A DNA stretch of 64,000 nt from Octopus sinensis (GCF_006345805.1 NC_042998.1:76570001-76634000); one strand, 5' to 3'; shown: positions 26,801 to 39,526, counted from the stretch's first letter. A program made the numbers and translations. Notes: generated from the sequence alone by a model not told the origin.

Positions 26801-27080
26801 AGGTTTTTTTCTATTCAGACAATTTTTCTGAACTTTTTATACGTAGCGAATTTAGGTGGTAACTCTAAAGCATGCATTTCATCTGTATCCAACTATACTG
26901 CACCGTATATTCCAGAAGTGTAATTGTTGTTGTTGTTGGCGGTGGAGGTTTTGTTTTTCGGTGGCCTAGCACCGAAGTACTCTGGTAGTTTACAATACAC
27001 TCTACAGATTAGTCTAACTTTCTAGATTTTCTGGTTTTATGAAGGTCAAGGCTAATTCATATCTGGGGCTATCGTTTTGT
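23840..27080 (-). mobile_element. Decayed, near full-length Penelope-like retroelement, Neptune-like
   Basis: Fragments in order: LELPPKFATY...LLKLRW; TDLPFNKRVCIP; FPTDKSGRLS; GSMDVVSLYP; LENHIVKFKKKLYMQVQGAAI...RYVD; YYMKPIASKYVVHKNSAL; RMQFSGY; GIY-YIG NVVYSIRC...TYTGE...VLN. Multiple stops and frameshifts. Confidence 0.9.
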
Positions 27081-27167
27081 ATTTCTTTCTTTCTTTTTTC
27101 TTTCTTTCTTTTTTCTTTCTGTCTTTCTTTCTTTCTGTCTTTCTTCCTTTTTTCTTTCTTTCTTTTT

Positions 27168-27199
<32 letters not shown>

Positions 27200-27702
27200 T
27201 CGCGCACATACACATATAGACATGCATTCATGTGCATACGCATAAGCACATATCTGTCTATATAGTTATGAAAGTGTATATGTATATGTGCGTGCGAATG
27301 CTTGTGTGTGCATGTGTGCTTGTATGTGTATGTGTGTACGTGCGTGTGCGTGTGCGTTTGTGAGTATGCATTCCTTTATCAAGCAAGAGAAGGCTTACAT
27401 CCTTTCTATTTATCGTGTTTAATGCCTCTAGATAAAGAATATGGTTAGCAAACCATCATTTCCCATACGCATATCCATGGTTCACGTTCTTACTTAGTCA
27501 AAGCCAAAGGGAAACCACTCCAGAGAAAATATTTCAGACGGTGTGACAGAATGATATGTTTGGTTCGAAAACAGTTATTTAAAGAAGAATAAACATCTCA
27601 GTTGTCTATTTACCTTTTTATCTTTCTAGAATTTTGTGTGTCTGTCTGTTTCCCCGATATCTATATCTACACACATATACACTGACACATATATGCTTAT
27701 AT

Positions 27703-27733
<31 letters not shown>

Positions 27734-27801
27734 AACATATTCAGCTAGTGTGTGTATGCGTGTGTGTGCGCGCGGGAGAGAGAGAGTATATATATATAAT
27801 G

Positions 27802-27832
<31 letters not shown>

Positions 27833-27866
27833 ATACACTCACATATATAATACCTATATTTGTATG

Positions 27867-27897
<31 letters not shown>

Positions 27898-28046
27898 ATA
27901 GCTACTGGTAAATAAATGCAAATATATCAATGTACACACACACACACACACACACACATATTCAGCTAGTGGAAGATCTGCCTTGGGTTAAACTAGTAGC
28001 ATACAACAGCCACTTTGATGTGGCGAGTAACTTTACTTGTATATAC

Positions 28047-28099
<53 letters not shown>

Positions 28100-28263
28100 A
28101 AAGTACAGCACTTTGCAATATAAGTAGTCAGGAAAAAAAACTGACATCAGATGGGAGTTAAATGAAATTCATTATAAAATGCACCATCTGAAGTAACGAG
28201 CCTTGGCATTTTACGTAGAGAAATTTGATATCTGCCTGGATATTATATCCCTCCACTTACTAT

Positions 28264-28327
<64 letters not shown>

Positions 28328-28335
28328 ACATATAT

Positions 28336-28374
<39 letters not shown>

Positions 28375-28406
28375 ACATATACACACACATACACACACAC
28401 ATATAT

Positions 28407-28472
<66 letters not shown>

Positions 28473-28484
28473 CATATAGGTGTA

Positions 28485-28778
28485 TGTGGAGACGCAATGG
28501 CCCAGTGGTTAGAGCAGTGGACTCGCGGTTTCGATTCCAAGACCGGGCGTTGTGAGTGTTTATTGAGCGGAAACACCTAAAAGCTCCACGAGTCTCCGGC
28601 TGGGGGTGGTGATCCCTGCTGTACTCTTTCACCACTCTTTCTCCTATTCTTTCTCCTGTTGGCCTGCTCGTTTAGCCAGCGCGGTGGCGTCATTCGAAGG
28701 CTAAAACAATGCGAACGCATTGTGACCAGCGATGTGTAACTACATCTGATGGACTAGTCGGTCACGTGATCACGTGAT
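28485..28778 (+). mobile_element. tRNA-headed SINE family D
   Basis: A box tggcccagtgg, B box ggtttcgattcc; 3' part homologous to 35046-35145; ends ggtcacgtgatcacgtgat. Confidence 0.85.
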
Positions 28779-28904
28779 ATATATATATATATATAAATTT
28801 TTAAACACATACGCACATATGAAGAAATATTTTCTTAAATTAAAGATTCTTTAAAAGAAATAAACAGTTCTGTAGATTCACTAGAAGTTAACAAACGCGT
28901 GTGG

Positions 28905-28944
<40 letters not shown>

Positions 28945-29602
28945 GCATATATATATATATACACACACAAATTAATATAAACAGTCATGCTCTATGTGTT
29001 ACCCTAAAGGAAAAATATAATTGTCACTAGATGCGAATAAGGGTGTCAAGACAAGCGCTGCTAGAAATAAAAGCTAAAATGCTCTAATGCGTTTTAGTAC
29101 ATAATTCTATACATATATGCTCACGGGGGCATATATGTATACAGTTATGCACTTTCGCTACAACATTAGTGCATTTTAGCTGTTATGTTTTAGCAGTGTA
29201 GGTGTCTTGACGCCCTTAGTCGCTTATATATATATATATATATATGGTTGTATGTATGTGGTGAAAGGGGAGAATGGAGGAAAGATATTATTCGTTTAGG
29301 TAGGTGCAAAAATATAGTACCTATAATACTTTCTAGTGCACCCAAAACTGACAGAGGGAAGTAGTGCGGAAGAATATAGACACCTAGCTTCTAACAGAAT
29401 GGACTCAGGTATAGGTACCTAAGGAACCACCTAATTTATCAGGTGTAGATTCACGAGAATAAGATTAACACCCATCATTAAGTCTAAGGACCACACACAC
29501 AGTCACACGTCTGTATTTGTGCTGCTTACTTCTGTGTATAGTTACATATAAAACTGTAGAACATTAATCGAACGATTGTTCAGTACAGGTTGATACAACG
29601 TC

Positions 29603-30215
29603 AGGCGTGGCTGTATGATAAGAAGTATGCTTCCGTCCCACATGATTACGGGTTCAGTTCCGCTGCGTGGCACCTTGGGCAAGAGACTTCTACTTTGGCC
29701 TCCGGCCAACCAAAGCCTTCAGATTTAGTAGATTGGAATTGATAGAAGTCCATCGTATATACATATGTGAGTGTGTGTGTGTGTGTTTATTTCCTACCAC
29801 CGTTTGACAATCGGTGTAGCTTTGTTTAAGTTTCCGTTAACCTAGCTGTTTGGCAAGAAGGGCCGATGGAATAAATACTGGTCTTAAAGTAGTACTTACT
29901 AAAACCTTTCAAGTTTGTGTCCCACCATCGCCGCAGTCGAATGACTATAAAAGATAAATGATATCTAAATGCACGCAGGCACACATGTGTATGTGTCTGT
30001 GTACTATTTTGTTCCGCACCACCGTTAGACAATGGGTGTTGGTTTGTTTACGTCTCATAACTAAACGGTTCTGCAAAAGAGACTGAATAGAACAAGTACC
30101 ACACTAATAAAAAAACAAGGCCAACCGGAGCTGATTCGTTCGACTAAATTTCTTCAACGCAGTGTCCCGGCATGGCCGCCGTCTAATGATGGAAACAAGT
30201 AAACGATAAAAGATA
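29603..30215 (+). mobile_element. Two tandem, old SINE family A-like copies (full 29603-29960; 3' half 29985-30215)
   Basis: gggttcagttcc, gcgtggcaccttgggcaagagacttct; ccgcagtc.aatgact; gcatggccgcc. Confidence 0.75.
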
Positions 30216-30419
30216 GAAGATTAATATATATATATATATATATGTAAATGTAAAAAAATACAAACTGGGACAAGAACGTGAAACATTTAGAAGACGATAC
30301 AAAAAACACGGAATATATATATATATTGTCACTGCTAACCCCTTCCTTTTTGCACGCTGCCTTCAAACCGTAAAGTCATGTTTCCATGCGCTGCTAGATA
30401 CCTCTTCCGTCCCAGCCAG

Positions 30420-30906
30420 AAAAAAGGCCTTTTTCGTTTGTTTTCTTGTTTATTTTGATTTCTCGTATTGTATTTTCTTTTTATTTCTCATTTTCTATTT
30501 TCTGGTACATGTATTTTTATCTTGTATTTTATTGTGTAGTTTTATTGTTACGTCCTGTTTGTGTTACATTTTTTCGTGCTTGTTTTACCCCTCTGCGAGG
30601 TTATTTTATTTTAATTCTCTCGCAGGAAGGCTTAGTATTGACGAGTCGTGTCCTGTCTTGCCTTCGAAACACGCTTAAGTCTACTAGCGACAGCTGATGA
30701 TTGGGGATTTTTCCTTGTGTAGCATGTCCTGTACTCTGTTTTTCTGTTGTAAAAAAATGGCTTTTCCGTTTTCGTTTCTGTTGAGTTCTACGTCTATTTG
30801 TGGTGTCCTGTAACTACGTATATATATTTATATGTGCATGTATATATACATGTAGATGTAGGTACGTACATATATGTTTGTATGTATGCATATATTTTAT
30901 TTATTA

Positions 30907-30915
<9 letters not shown>
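30420..30915 (+). mobile_element. Non-coding repeat family H, copy 1 (carries the rearranged hammerhead)
   Basis: Homologous to 33290-33660 (-) and 63180-63446 (-): ttcgtttct.gttgagttctacgt..ttgtggtgtcctgta...gtatgtatgcatatattttattta(ta)n. Confidence 0.88.
30647..30706 (+). ncRNA. Candidate non-circularly permuted hammerhead ribozyme
   Basis: CGTGT C CTGTC ttg CCTTC GAAA CACG c ttaagtctactagc GACAG CTGATGA ttGGGG: stem III CGTGT/ACACG, stem I CTGTC/GACAG, intact core, GTC site; stem II weak. Confidence 0.65.
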
Positions 30916-30995
<80 letters not shown>

Positions 30996-31060
30996 CTATA
31001 TACATATATATATATGTACATACATATGTACACACACGCACACACACATGTATATATAAT

Positions 31061-31235
31061 ATACAGTCCTGTATTTAAGAGATGAGGAATTATGTACCTT
31101 ATTTACATTTGACGGATATTTGTCCTCATCTTGTTTGTTGTTAACACAACGTTTCGGCTGATATACTCTCCAGCATTCATCAGGAGTCTTGGGGAAATTT
31201 CGAACCTGGGTTTTCATTCCTAAGGTATTTTTTGA

Positions 31236-31309
<74 letters not shown>

Positions 31310-31370
31310 TCACTGCCTGGAATCGAACTCGGAATCTTAGGGTTAGTACCCCGTGCTCTTAACAACTACG

Positions 31371-31376
<6 letters not shown>
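31061..31376 (-). mobile_element. tRNA-headed SINE with internal minimal hammerhead
   Basis: A box about 31362-31373, B box GTTCGATTCC 31319-31328, internal (AAT)n, HHR at 31143-31188. Confidence 0.88.
31143..31188 (-). ncRNA. Minimal type I hammerhead motif (dimer-type)
   Basis: GACTC CTGATGA A TGCTG-GAGAGTATAT-CAGCC GAAA CGTT GTGTT. The two copies together give a consensus with 5-bp stem I (GACAC/GTGTT), 5-bp stem II (GGCTG/CAGCC) and loopless palindromic stem III (ACGT). Confidence 0.72.
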
Positions 31377-31438
<62 letters not shown>

Positions 31439-31643
31439 TATATAATATACATATGGTGTGTGTGTGTAGGAAAAGTTTAATCGTCACTGATTGCATTGAG
31501 GGTGGTAATTGAGGGTAGTGAATAGCACCTATATTGCAAGAAATAAGAGTTAAAATCTTAGTGCTGCATTAAGCGCACAATATATATACAATGATATGGG
31601 AGATAACCGTCTCATGAGTGAAGCTAGGAGCACAGTGTATATA

Positions 31644-31688
<45 letters not shown>

Positions 31689-31870
31689 GATAAATATCAA
31701 AGTGAGTTATATATATATATATATATATATATTGTGCGCTTCCCTGCAACATTAAGAATTTTAACTCCTATTCACCACTGGTAGTTACAAATTGTAACAA
31801 TAAAATTTTTCCCTAATGGTCTTATACTGCGCCTAGCTGCTTATATTAATTTTTAATGTGTGTGTGTAGG

Positions 31871-31904
<34 letters not shown>

Positions 31905-32614
31905 ATATATATATATATATAATATATATATATACATACACACACACACACATACACACACACATATATATTTAGTACCAATGGCAGGGCAATTGACCGG
32001 CTACTCTGAGACACGCCTTCTCTTTGGGATGATGTTGATTAGTTTGATCATTGGGAACGTAATTGTGGGAAGGTGAGTGAAATCTTTGATGCGGAGATAA
32101 AAAGTTTGACGAAGTGAGAGGGGAAATAGATATATATATATATATATAGAAAGAGAGACAGTATGTGTGTGCATACGTGTGTGTGCGTGTGTGTGTGTGT
32201 GTGCGCGTGTGTGTGTGTGTGTGTGTGTTTTTGTGCACGCGTGCGCGTATGTGTATGAGAGAGAGAGAGAGAGAGGGAAGAGATTGGCTTGAGTCGTTTA
32301 GACGGCTGAGAGTATCAGAAGTTGACCAGCTGTCTTCTTTGGAATTCCCAAGCCGTTGTATTCAACACAAGGGAATAACGTCGGAAGGCCTCATCAAGGT
32401 CATGCCTAAGTGGATAAAAAACTGCGGTGTGTGATTGAGAAGAGTGAGCAAGAAAAAGGGAGTGGTAGGGCGATTAATATGCATTAAGATATTCGACCCT
32501 CATGAGGGTGTGTGTGTGTGTATGTAGATAAACTTACTTGGAAATGTAGGCGTCGCGTTCAGGTAAAATAATAAATAATATATATTACACACACACACAC
32601 ATATATAATAAATA

Positions 32615-32895
32615 TATGCATTTATGGGTACAGGACGTCACCAACTGTGCAAACAACATGAAATACGTAAAAATAGGATAAGTAATCGCAGAGAAAGGAC
32701 CCTCCAACAGTTGTCTATTTACTCCTCATTTCGAGCATTCAACGACAATTTGAGACTTCAAAGACAGTTGTTCCCATCAATTCTAAAATAAAATTTAGGA
32801 TTTATGGCGCAAGTCAAAGTTGGGAACAAAAACAGGACAGTGGAGACATACAAGGAAACCGAACGAAAACAAACATGAAGGGTCGTTAGACTTGA
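32615..32895 (-). mobile_element. Repeat family H, divergent subfamily copy
   Basis: Shares tacaggac and aacaaaaacaggacagt landmarks with copy 33290-33660 at equivalent spacing; degenerate rearranged-HHR segment at 32697-32760. Confidence 0.7.
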
Positions 32896-32956
32896 ACGCC
32901 ACGCATCCATTTCTACGTGTATATATATATATATATTATATATATATATATATATA

Positions 32957-32996
<40 letters not shown>

Positions 32997-33053
32997 CATG
33001 CATTTTTTCTTCACGTGATTCTTTTTCTTGCACGGGAGTTCATAAGAACGGAC

Positions 33054-33129
<76 letters not shown>

Positions 33130-33250
33130 TCTATCTTTTCTCCTTCAAAAAAAAAATGTTTCTCCTAGCGTTCACTATTTTCCTCTCGGTCTTGTCTAAC
33201 GACCCTCCATGTTTGTTTTCGTTCGGTTTCCTTGTATGTCTGACTGTCAT

Positions 33251-33289
<39 letters not shown>

Positions 33290-33294
<5 letters not shown>

Positions 33295-33660
33295 AATAAT
33301 AAATAAAACATATGCATATATACATACATATATGTACGTACAGGATACTAAAAAAACCTCAAACACAATGAGAAACGAAAACATAAACACAAAACCAAGG
33401 AAATGGACATTTTTCTTAGACAACGAAAAAGTAGAGTACAAGACATACAACACAAGGAACATTCCCCTTCTTCAGCCGCCTCTGTTTCATCTACTCCGCC
33501 TTTCGAAGGTAAAGGCGAGACACGACTTCATGGAAACAATCCTTCCCACAAAAGCAAATTAAATAAAATTTGAGATTTTTTTGCGGAGGGGTAAAAATGG
33601 TAACAAAAACAGGACAGTAAAAACAATACAAAATATAAACAGTAAAAGACCGGACAAGGA
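33290..33660 (-). mobile_element. Repeat family H, copy 3
   Basis: Homology to 30420-30915 and 63180-63446; rearranged-HHR segment at 33464-33524. Confidence 0.85.
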
Positions 33661-33964
33661 GAATGATAGTGCCTATGTACGATGAATCTGACGATCAGCA
33701 CCATTATAGAAACACATGTAACCTAGCGTCTGATGACGCCATTCATGGCCTCACTCTGCTTTTCGTTCATATTGTCTATGAGTAGAATTTTTTCTCTGGA
33801 GTCAATTTCTGCAGCGTATGTTTTCCATATCCCAGTGTACAAGAATATGTTAACTATATGTAAAGTAATGCAATTACATATTTTATAAACCGATTTACCA
33901 CTTTTTTTGTCCTTTTTTTCTGTCTCCAACTCTCTTTCTATATAATATATCCATGAATGCGTAC

Positions 33965-34005
<41 letters not shown>

Positions 34006-34733
34006 AATATATACGTACGTACAATATACCCACATACACGTATACATACAATATATATAGACAACTACACACACACACACACACATACATATTTACATAC
34101 ATACAATATATCCACACAGACGTATATATACAATATATACAAACATCTACATACACACGCACATACAGATACACAAACACACACGTATTACGTTGTGAGT
34201 ATATGACTTCCTCTTCATTTTTCTCTCCTATTCCCTTTCTCTCCGTCTCACTTTCTCACCTCCTATTCTCCTCTACCAACCTCAATATACATATCTATCT
34301 TCCTAACTTAGTTGCCGACTTACTGCTCTAACCATATATATTGAAATATTTCTATCAATTTACGTAAGGTTTATGTAATGGATGCATTTCCTATTATATA
34401 TTACGCAAAGCTGGGACGTACGTATTAAATGATTTCAAAATATATCACTATTTGGTTTGATTTCATTATTGTATGTGTGTGTACGTGTGTATGTGTGTGT
34501 ATGTGTGTGATATAATATATTCAATACATGTTACAGCGTGTATTATTTAAACTGAAACTTGTATTCCCTTGACTTGAGTCTCACATCATTGCAATTTCGG
34601 AAGATACATATATTCAGCCATCTATTCATCCATTTATACATACTTATATGCATATGATACTCCCAAACACTTACTTTTATACACGTGCTTTCATACACAC
34701 TCACACAGACACACACACGCATATATACATTCG

Positions 34734-34816
<83 letters not shown>

Positions 34817-34950
34817 GCATACATATATATGTATGTATATGTATATATGTGTATATATATATATATATATGCATATATATAAATTTATACATATATATAT
34901 GCATGTATATATATATATGCATATATATAAATTTATACATATATATATGC

Positions 34951-34995
<45 letters not shown>

Positions 34996-35045
34996 CATAT
35001 ATATATATGCATGTGTATATATATATATCTTTTTCTTTTCTGTTT

Positions 35046-35145
35046 CCGACCAGGCTATCAGATGTTGCTACACATCGCTGGTCACAATGCGCTTCGCATT
35101 GTTTTATCCTTGAATTGACGCCACCCCGCTGTCTAAGCGAGCAGG
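35046..35145 (-). mobile_element. SINE family D 3' fragment
   Basis: Reverse complement cctgctcgcttagacagcggggtggcgtca...cattgtgaccagcgatgtgtagcaacatctgat matches 28660-28760. Confidence 0.88.
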
Positions 35146-35544
35146 TCAATACACACACACACACACACATATATATAAATAAATAACAACAGATGGATAA
35201 TGGTTCATTCACTACAGCTGTTTCCAACGAGTTTTTTTATTGGAACAACTGTAGTGAATGAACTATTATCTATCTGTTATTTATTTATTGTTCACCTTAT
35301 CCTGAAACTGCAACTAGCGTGGATACAGAGTCCATTAAGTGCAGTACGAGTGGTGCAATGTGTGTTTCTAAATACTGCCCTAAGACTCACAATATACTCA
35401 GTTGGGTTGGTTGATTGTATATACAACTGGAATAATAATCTGTTTGTACTTCGGTAGGTATGTATGGACTTTTTCCTCTGATTTCGGTGTAAAACACGAT
35501 TTCCGTTTCGGGTGCTTTACAATTTAATTACCTGTTTCACTTGA

Positions 35545-36070
<526 letters not shown>

Positions 36071-36407
36071 ATGCATATATATTCGGTATGTGTGTTTATG
36101 CGTGTTTGTCTGTGATTATGTTGACACACCTAATATACTAGAAATATCTTCATATGAATCTTTCATGTATTTCTACATATGAGGAAATGTACGGCAACAC
36201 ATATATATGTACATTAACACAGCCATCACCATCGTCGCTAATACGAATATTGCTTTCATCATTATCATACGAATATCATGTGTCGTTGTTCTGTTGTTGA
36301 TTGGTGCTACGTCTCTGTTTTATAATTAAATACTGTTATTGTACTGATGTCGATGTTTGTTTTCTTAATGTACTTCAATTTCCCTGGTCGTTAATCTCAT
36401 CATCATT

Positions 36408-36449
<42 letters not shown>

Positions 36450-36589
36450 AGCATCACAATGACGATGATGATGATACTGCTGCTGCTGTTCATGTCGATG
36501 ATAATGATGACAACGCTGACGATTGTGGACAACGATGACGATGATAAACAGAACTACTAGACACGCTCCAAAAACAAGAAGAGAAACAA

Positions 36590-37420
36590 ATTGTTTGAGA
36601 TTAGAGGAATTGACTTGCCTACAGTTGAGGGTATAAAGTAAAGGGACAAGGAAATTGGACATATTCAGGACTTTTCAAGCTGGTAGCATAAAGGATAAAT
36701 GACAAAAGATAGCAGTAAATGAAGAACACACAAAAATGATTATGTATGAAGGACCAACAATACACTAAAAATGTCATCACAGCTATCAACTCGTGTACCG
36801 CCTCTATCATACAAATGCGTCATTAACTGGAACATTCAAGAATTACAGGATATTGAGAGGGAAACTAGAAAACTGATGACGATTTCAATATGTTCCTCAA
36901 AAAGGTGGATTTGGTCGACTTATATAGAACGCAATGATGGTGGAAGAGATTTGATAAGTGTAGATTTGTGTTAGAAAGTAAAAGCAAACTAAAGAAAAGA
37001 AAACTGAACAAGTGGAATTATATAGAATTTTCTTGAGAAACATTGCCTGCAAATACATGGGTCAGTTAAAGAAATAGTCTCTAGAGTAAGTTACAGAAGG
37101 CGCTACAATGGCAGCCCAAGACATAGCTATAAGGATACGAACAATCAGAAAGCATAGATAAAGACAATGTATCACCATTTTATCGAATATGCAGTGAGAA
37201 AGAAGAGATTATAGTCTACATATTGTCAGAGTACATGTAAGAACCTGACGCAGAAACAACAGGAAGTTTGCAAAAATTACGGAATTGCATCATTTATATA
37301 TTAACAACCATGTAAAATATACTTGGACAAAGAGAAAAGTGATATGATCCAAGACTAATGAAAGTTATCGAAAATGACTAAGCAAAAATCTTATGGAAAC
37401 TGAAATGGAGACAATGAACT
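36590..37420 (+). mobile_element. Heavily decayed R4/Dong-type LINE remnant
   Basis: VINWNIQELQDIERETRKLMT, YIERNDGGRDLISV, AAQD, KILW fragments. Confidence 0.72.
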
Positions 37421-39526
37421 AGCTTATGACACTTTCCATCCATGCCGAATATTCCAACTATGGTCATGGGCTAACTTTAGATATTGTTGTTCTCATTCAC
37501 CTCCGACCATCTTTGAATTTCAATTTGTGAGGTCCCATGTATAAGTGGCAGTCAATAGTGAAATTGAGAATCTCATTCGCCAAATGGCTTACCTTCTCTT
37601 AAAACCACAACGAAAGGACATAAACGTGTATATTATCTGTTGTATTACATAGCGCTTGTTGTGCTTTTGATACGAAATGATGCTTAAAAGGCTTTGTATA
37701 ATTTTTATTGAAACTTAGTCTTTTATAAACACACTGAAGCGCATACACATCACATGCACACGCATAAATACAGAGTTTATTGAAACTAAATGCTTATCTC
37801 GAGAGTTGTCATTTGCATCACTGCGATCTTCAGACGCCAACAGTTATTGATGTAATAATTGTTGTAACACTATTTGTAACTTATCTATTAAAATAAAGAC
37901 ATAAATTCTTATAGAGAGGCTAAATTATATTTCGACAACAAATGCAAATATACCACTGTTTGGTGGTACATTTACAGTTGTTGTTTAAATACAATTTAGT
38001 ATCTGTATTAATGCATATATTTTTTGTTTAACAGATAATTCAAGAGGGAAAATCAGACAATAATAATACGAATAGATGAAACATCAAATAAAAAACCTAA
38101 AAATATTCCACTAACGATAAAATGCACTCACAAACAGACAAGTTTTAAGCACTCCCTACTTTCAACAAAAACAAGATCAAAGTCAACAAAACAAATCTAA
38201 TAAAAAACAAACAAACAGCTTTAATTAGATGAACAAACAAGATCAGGAAATGAAAATCCAATAAAAGTAAAATTACAACGCAAAGTACAAGCGACAATCA
38301 AACCCAACAAACAAAAGTAATCAGTGAAAAGGTATAAAAATAGCAGTCAGTCAATACGCACCAAAAATAAAATCACTAAAGAGATATGCACAAGAAACCT
38401 CACTCACTGAAGTAACGGAGTTGTAACTGTTATCGCCTGAAGATCGCAGAGGCTTGAAACTAGAGCTGCGAGATAAATATTCAGCTTCAGTAAAACATAT
38501 GCTCTGTAACATATTGACCATCTGTGTATGATTCGTCAGACACAATTCAAGATTTGTGTCTGCATTCGCGCACGTGTATGAAAACACACGTACGTATATA
38601 TGTGAATACACACGTATATATAGAATTAAATATGAAAAACTGGTGTAGCATAAACATTGGGGCTCTTAATATTTTCAAATTAAAAATAACGGGAGTTAAG
38701 TGTTTCATGGGAATTGATAATCCTGGCATTACCCAACATTCGACCAGGATATTGGTAAAGTTGGTATTTAACGGGCTCATCAGGTTTTGACGGGCTCTAT
38801 TTGTTCTATACAGCTAGGTAAGAGTTGTGAGTCAGTCAGCTAGGAGCGGTTGATACAGGATTACATGTTGGCAGTAGCAGGTTTCCATCAGTTTCTGTTG
38901 GAAATGGACCTACTTCAAAAAAATATATATATGTGTGTGTGTGTATGCATGTGTGTGTGTATGCATGTGTGTGTGTGGAAATGTGAGTGTATGTGTGTGT
39001 GTGTGTCTGTGCGTATGTGTGAATGTGCATGAGTATGTGGGCTTGTGCGTATGCGTTTGTGTGGATATGTGCGTGTTATAATGTAAAGTTTCTCTGAAGA
39101 TCTGAAAGGTAAAACATTGCCCAATTTGTACAGAAATGTTGAAATATTTAACACACACACACACACATACGCACGCACCCAAACACACACACACACACAC
39201 ACACCACATTCATATCTCATTAGCGCCGTCTCCTCATATTGGACTGGAGTATTTTCTATCATACGCCTCCATCGTCTTGCAGCCATCTCCGCTTGAAAAT
39301 TACTTTCGAGTATGGAATTATTAAAGGATTAGATACTATGAAGCTAGACGTTATAAATAGAAACAACTCTGACAAAAGTATCGGGTTTTCTTTACTTAGT
39401 TCATAAAGTTAATTAGTAATTGAAAACTCTTATAAATACACCAACACACTATGATGACTATGCGTATGTGTGTGTGTTTGCGTGTGCATATATATGTACA
39501 GACACTCATATCACACGCGCAGAGTG

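Noticed and set aside
31310-31376. tRNA gene (also the heads at 16371, 28485 and 55153)
   Set aside because: A and B boxes are present, but there is no complete cloverleaf and each continues into repeat-family bodies; these are SINE heads.
33688-33750. Two CTGA(C/T)GA motifs, one followed by GAAA-C-ACATGT and the other by a GCCA/TGGC hairpin
   Set aside because: The first lacks stems I and II and the second lacks GAAA; no consistent fold was found.
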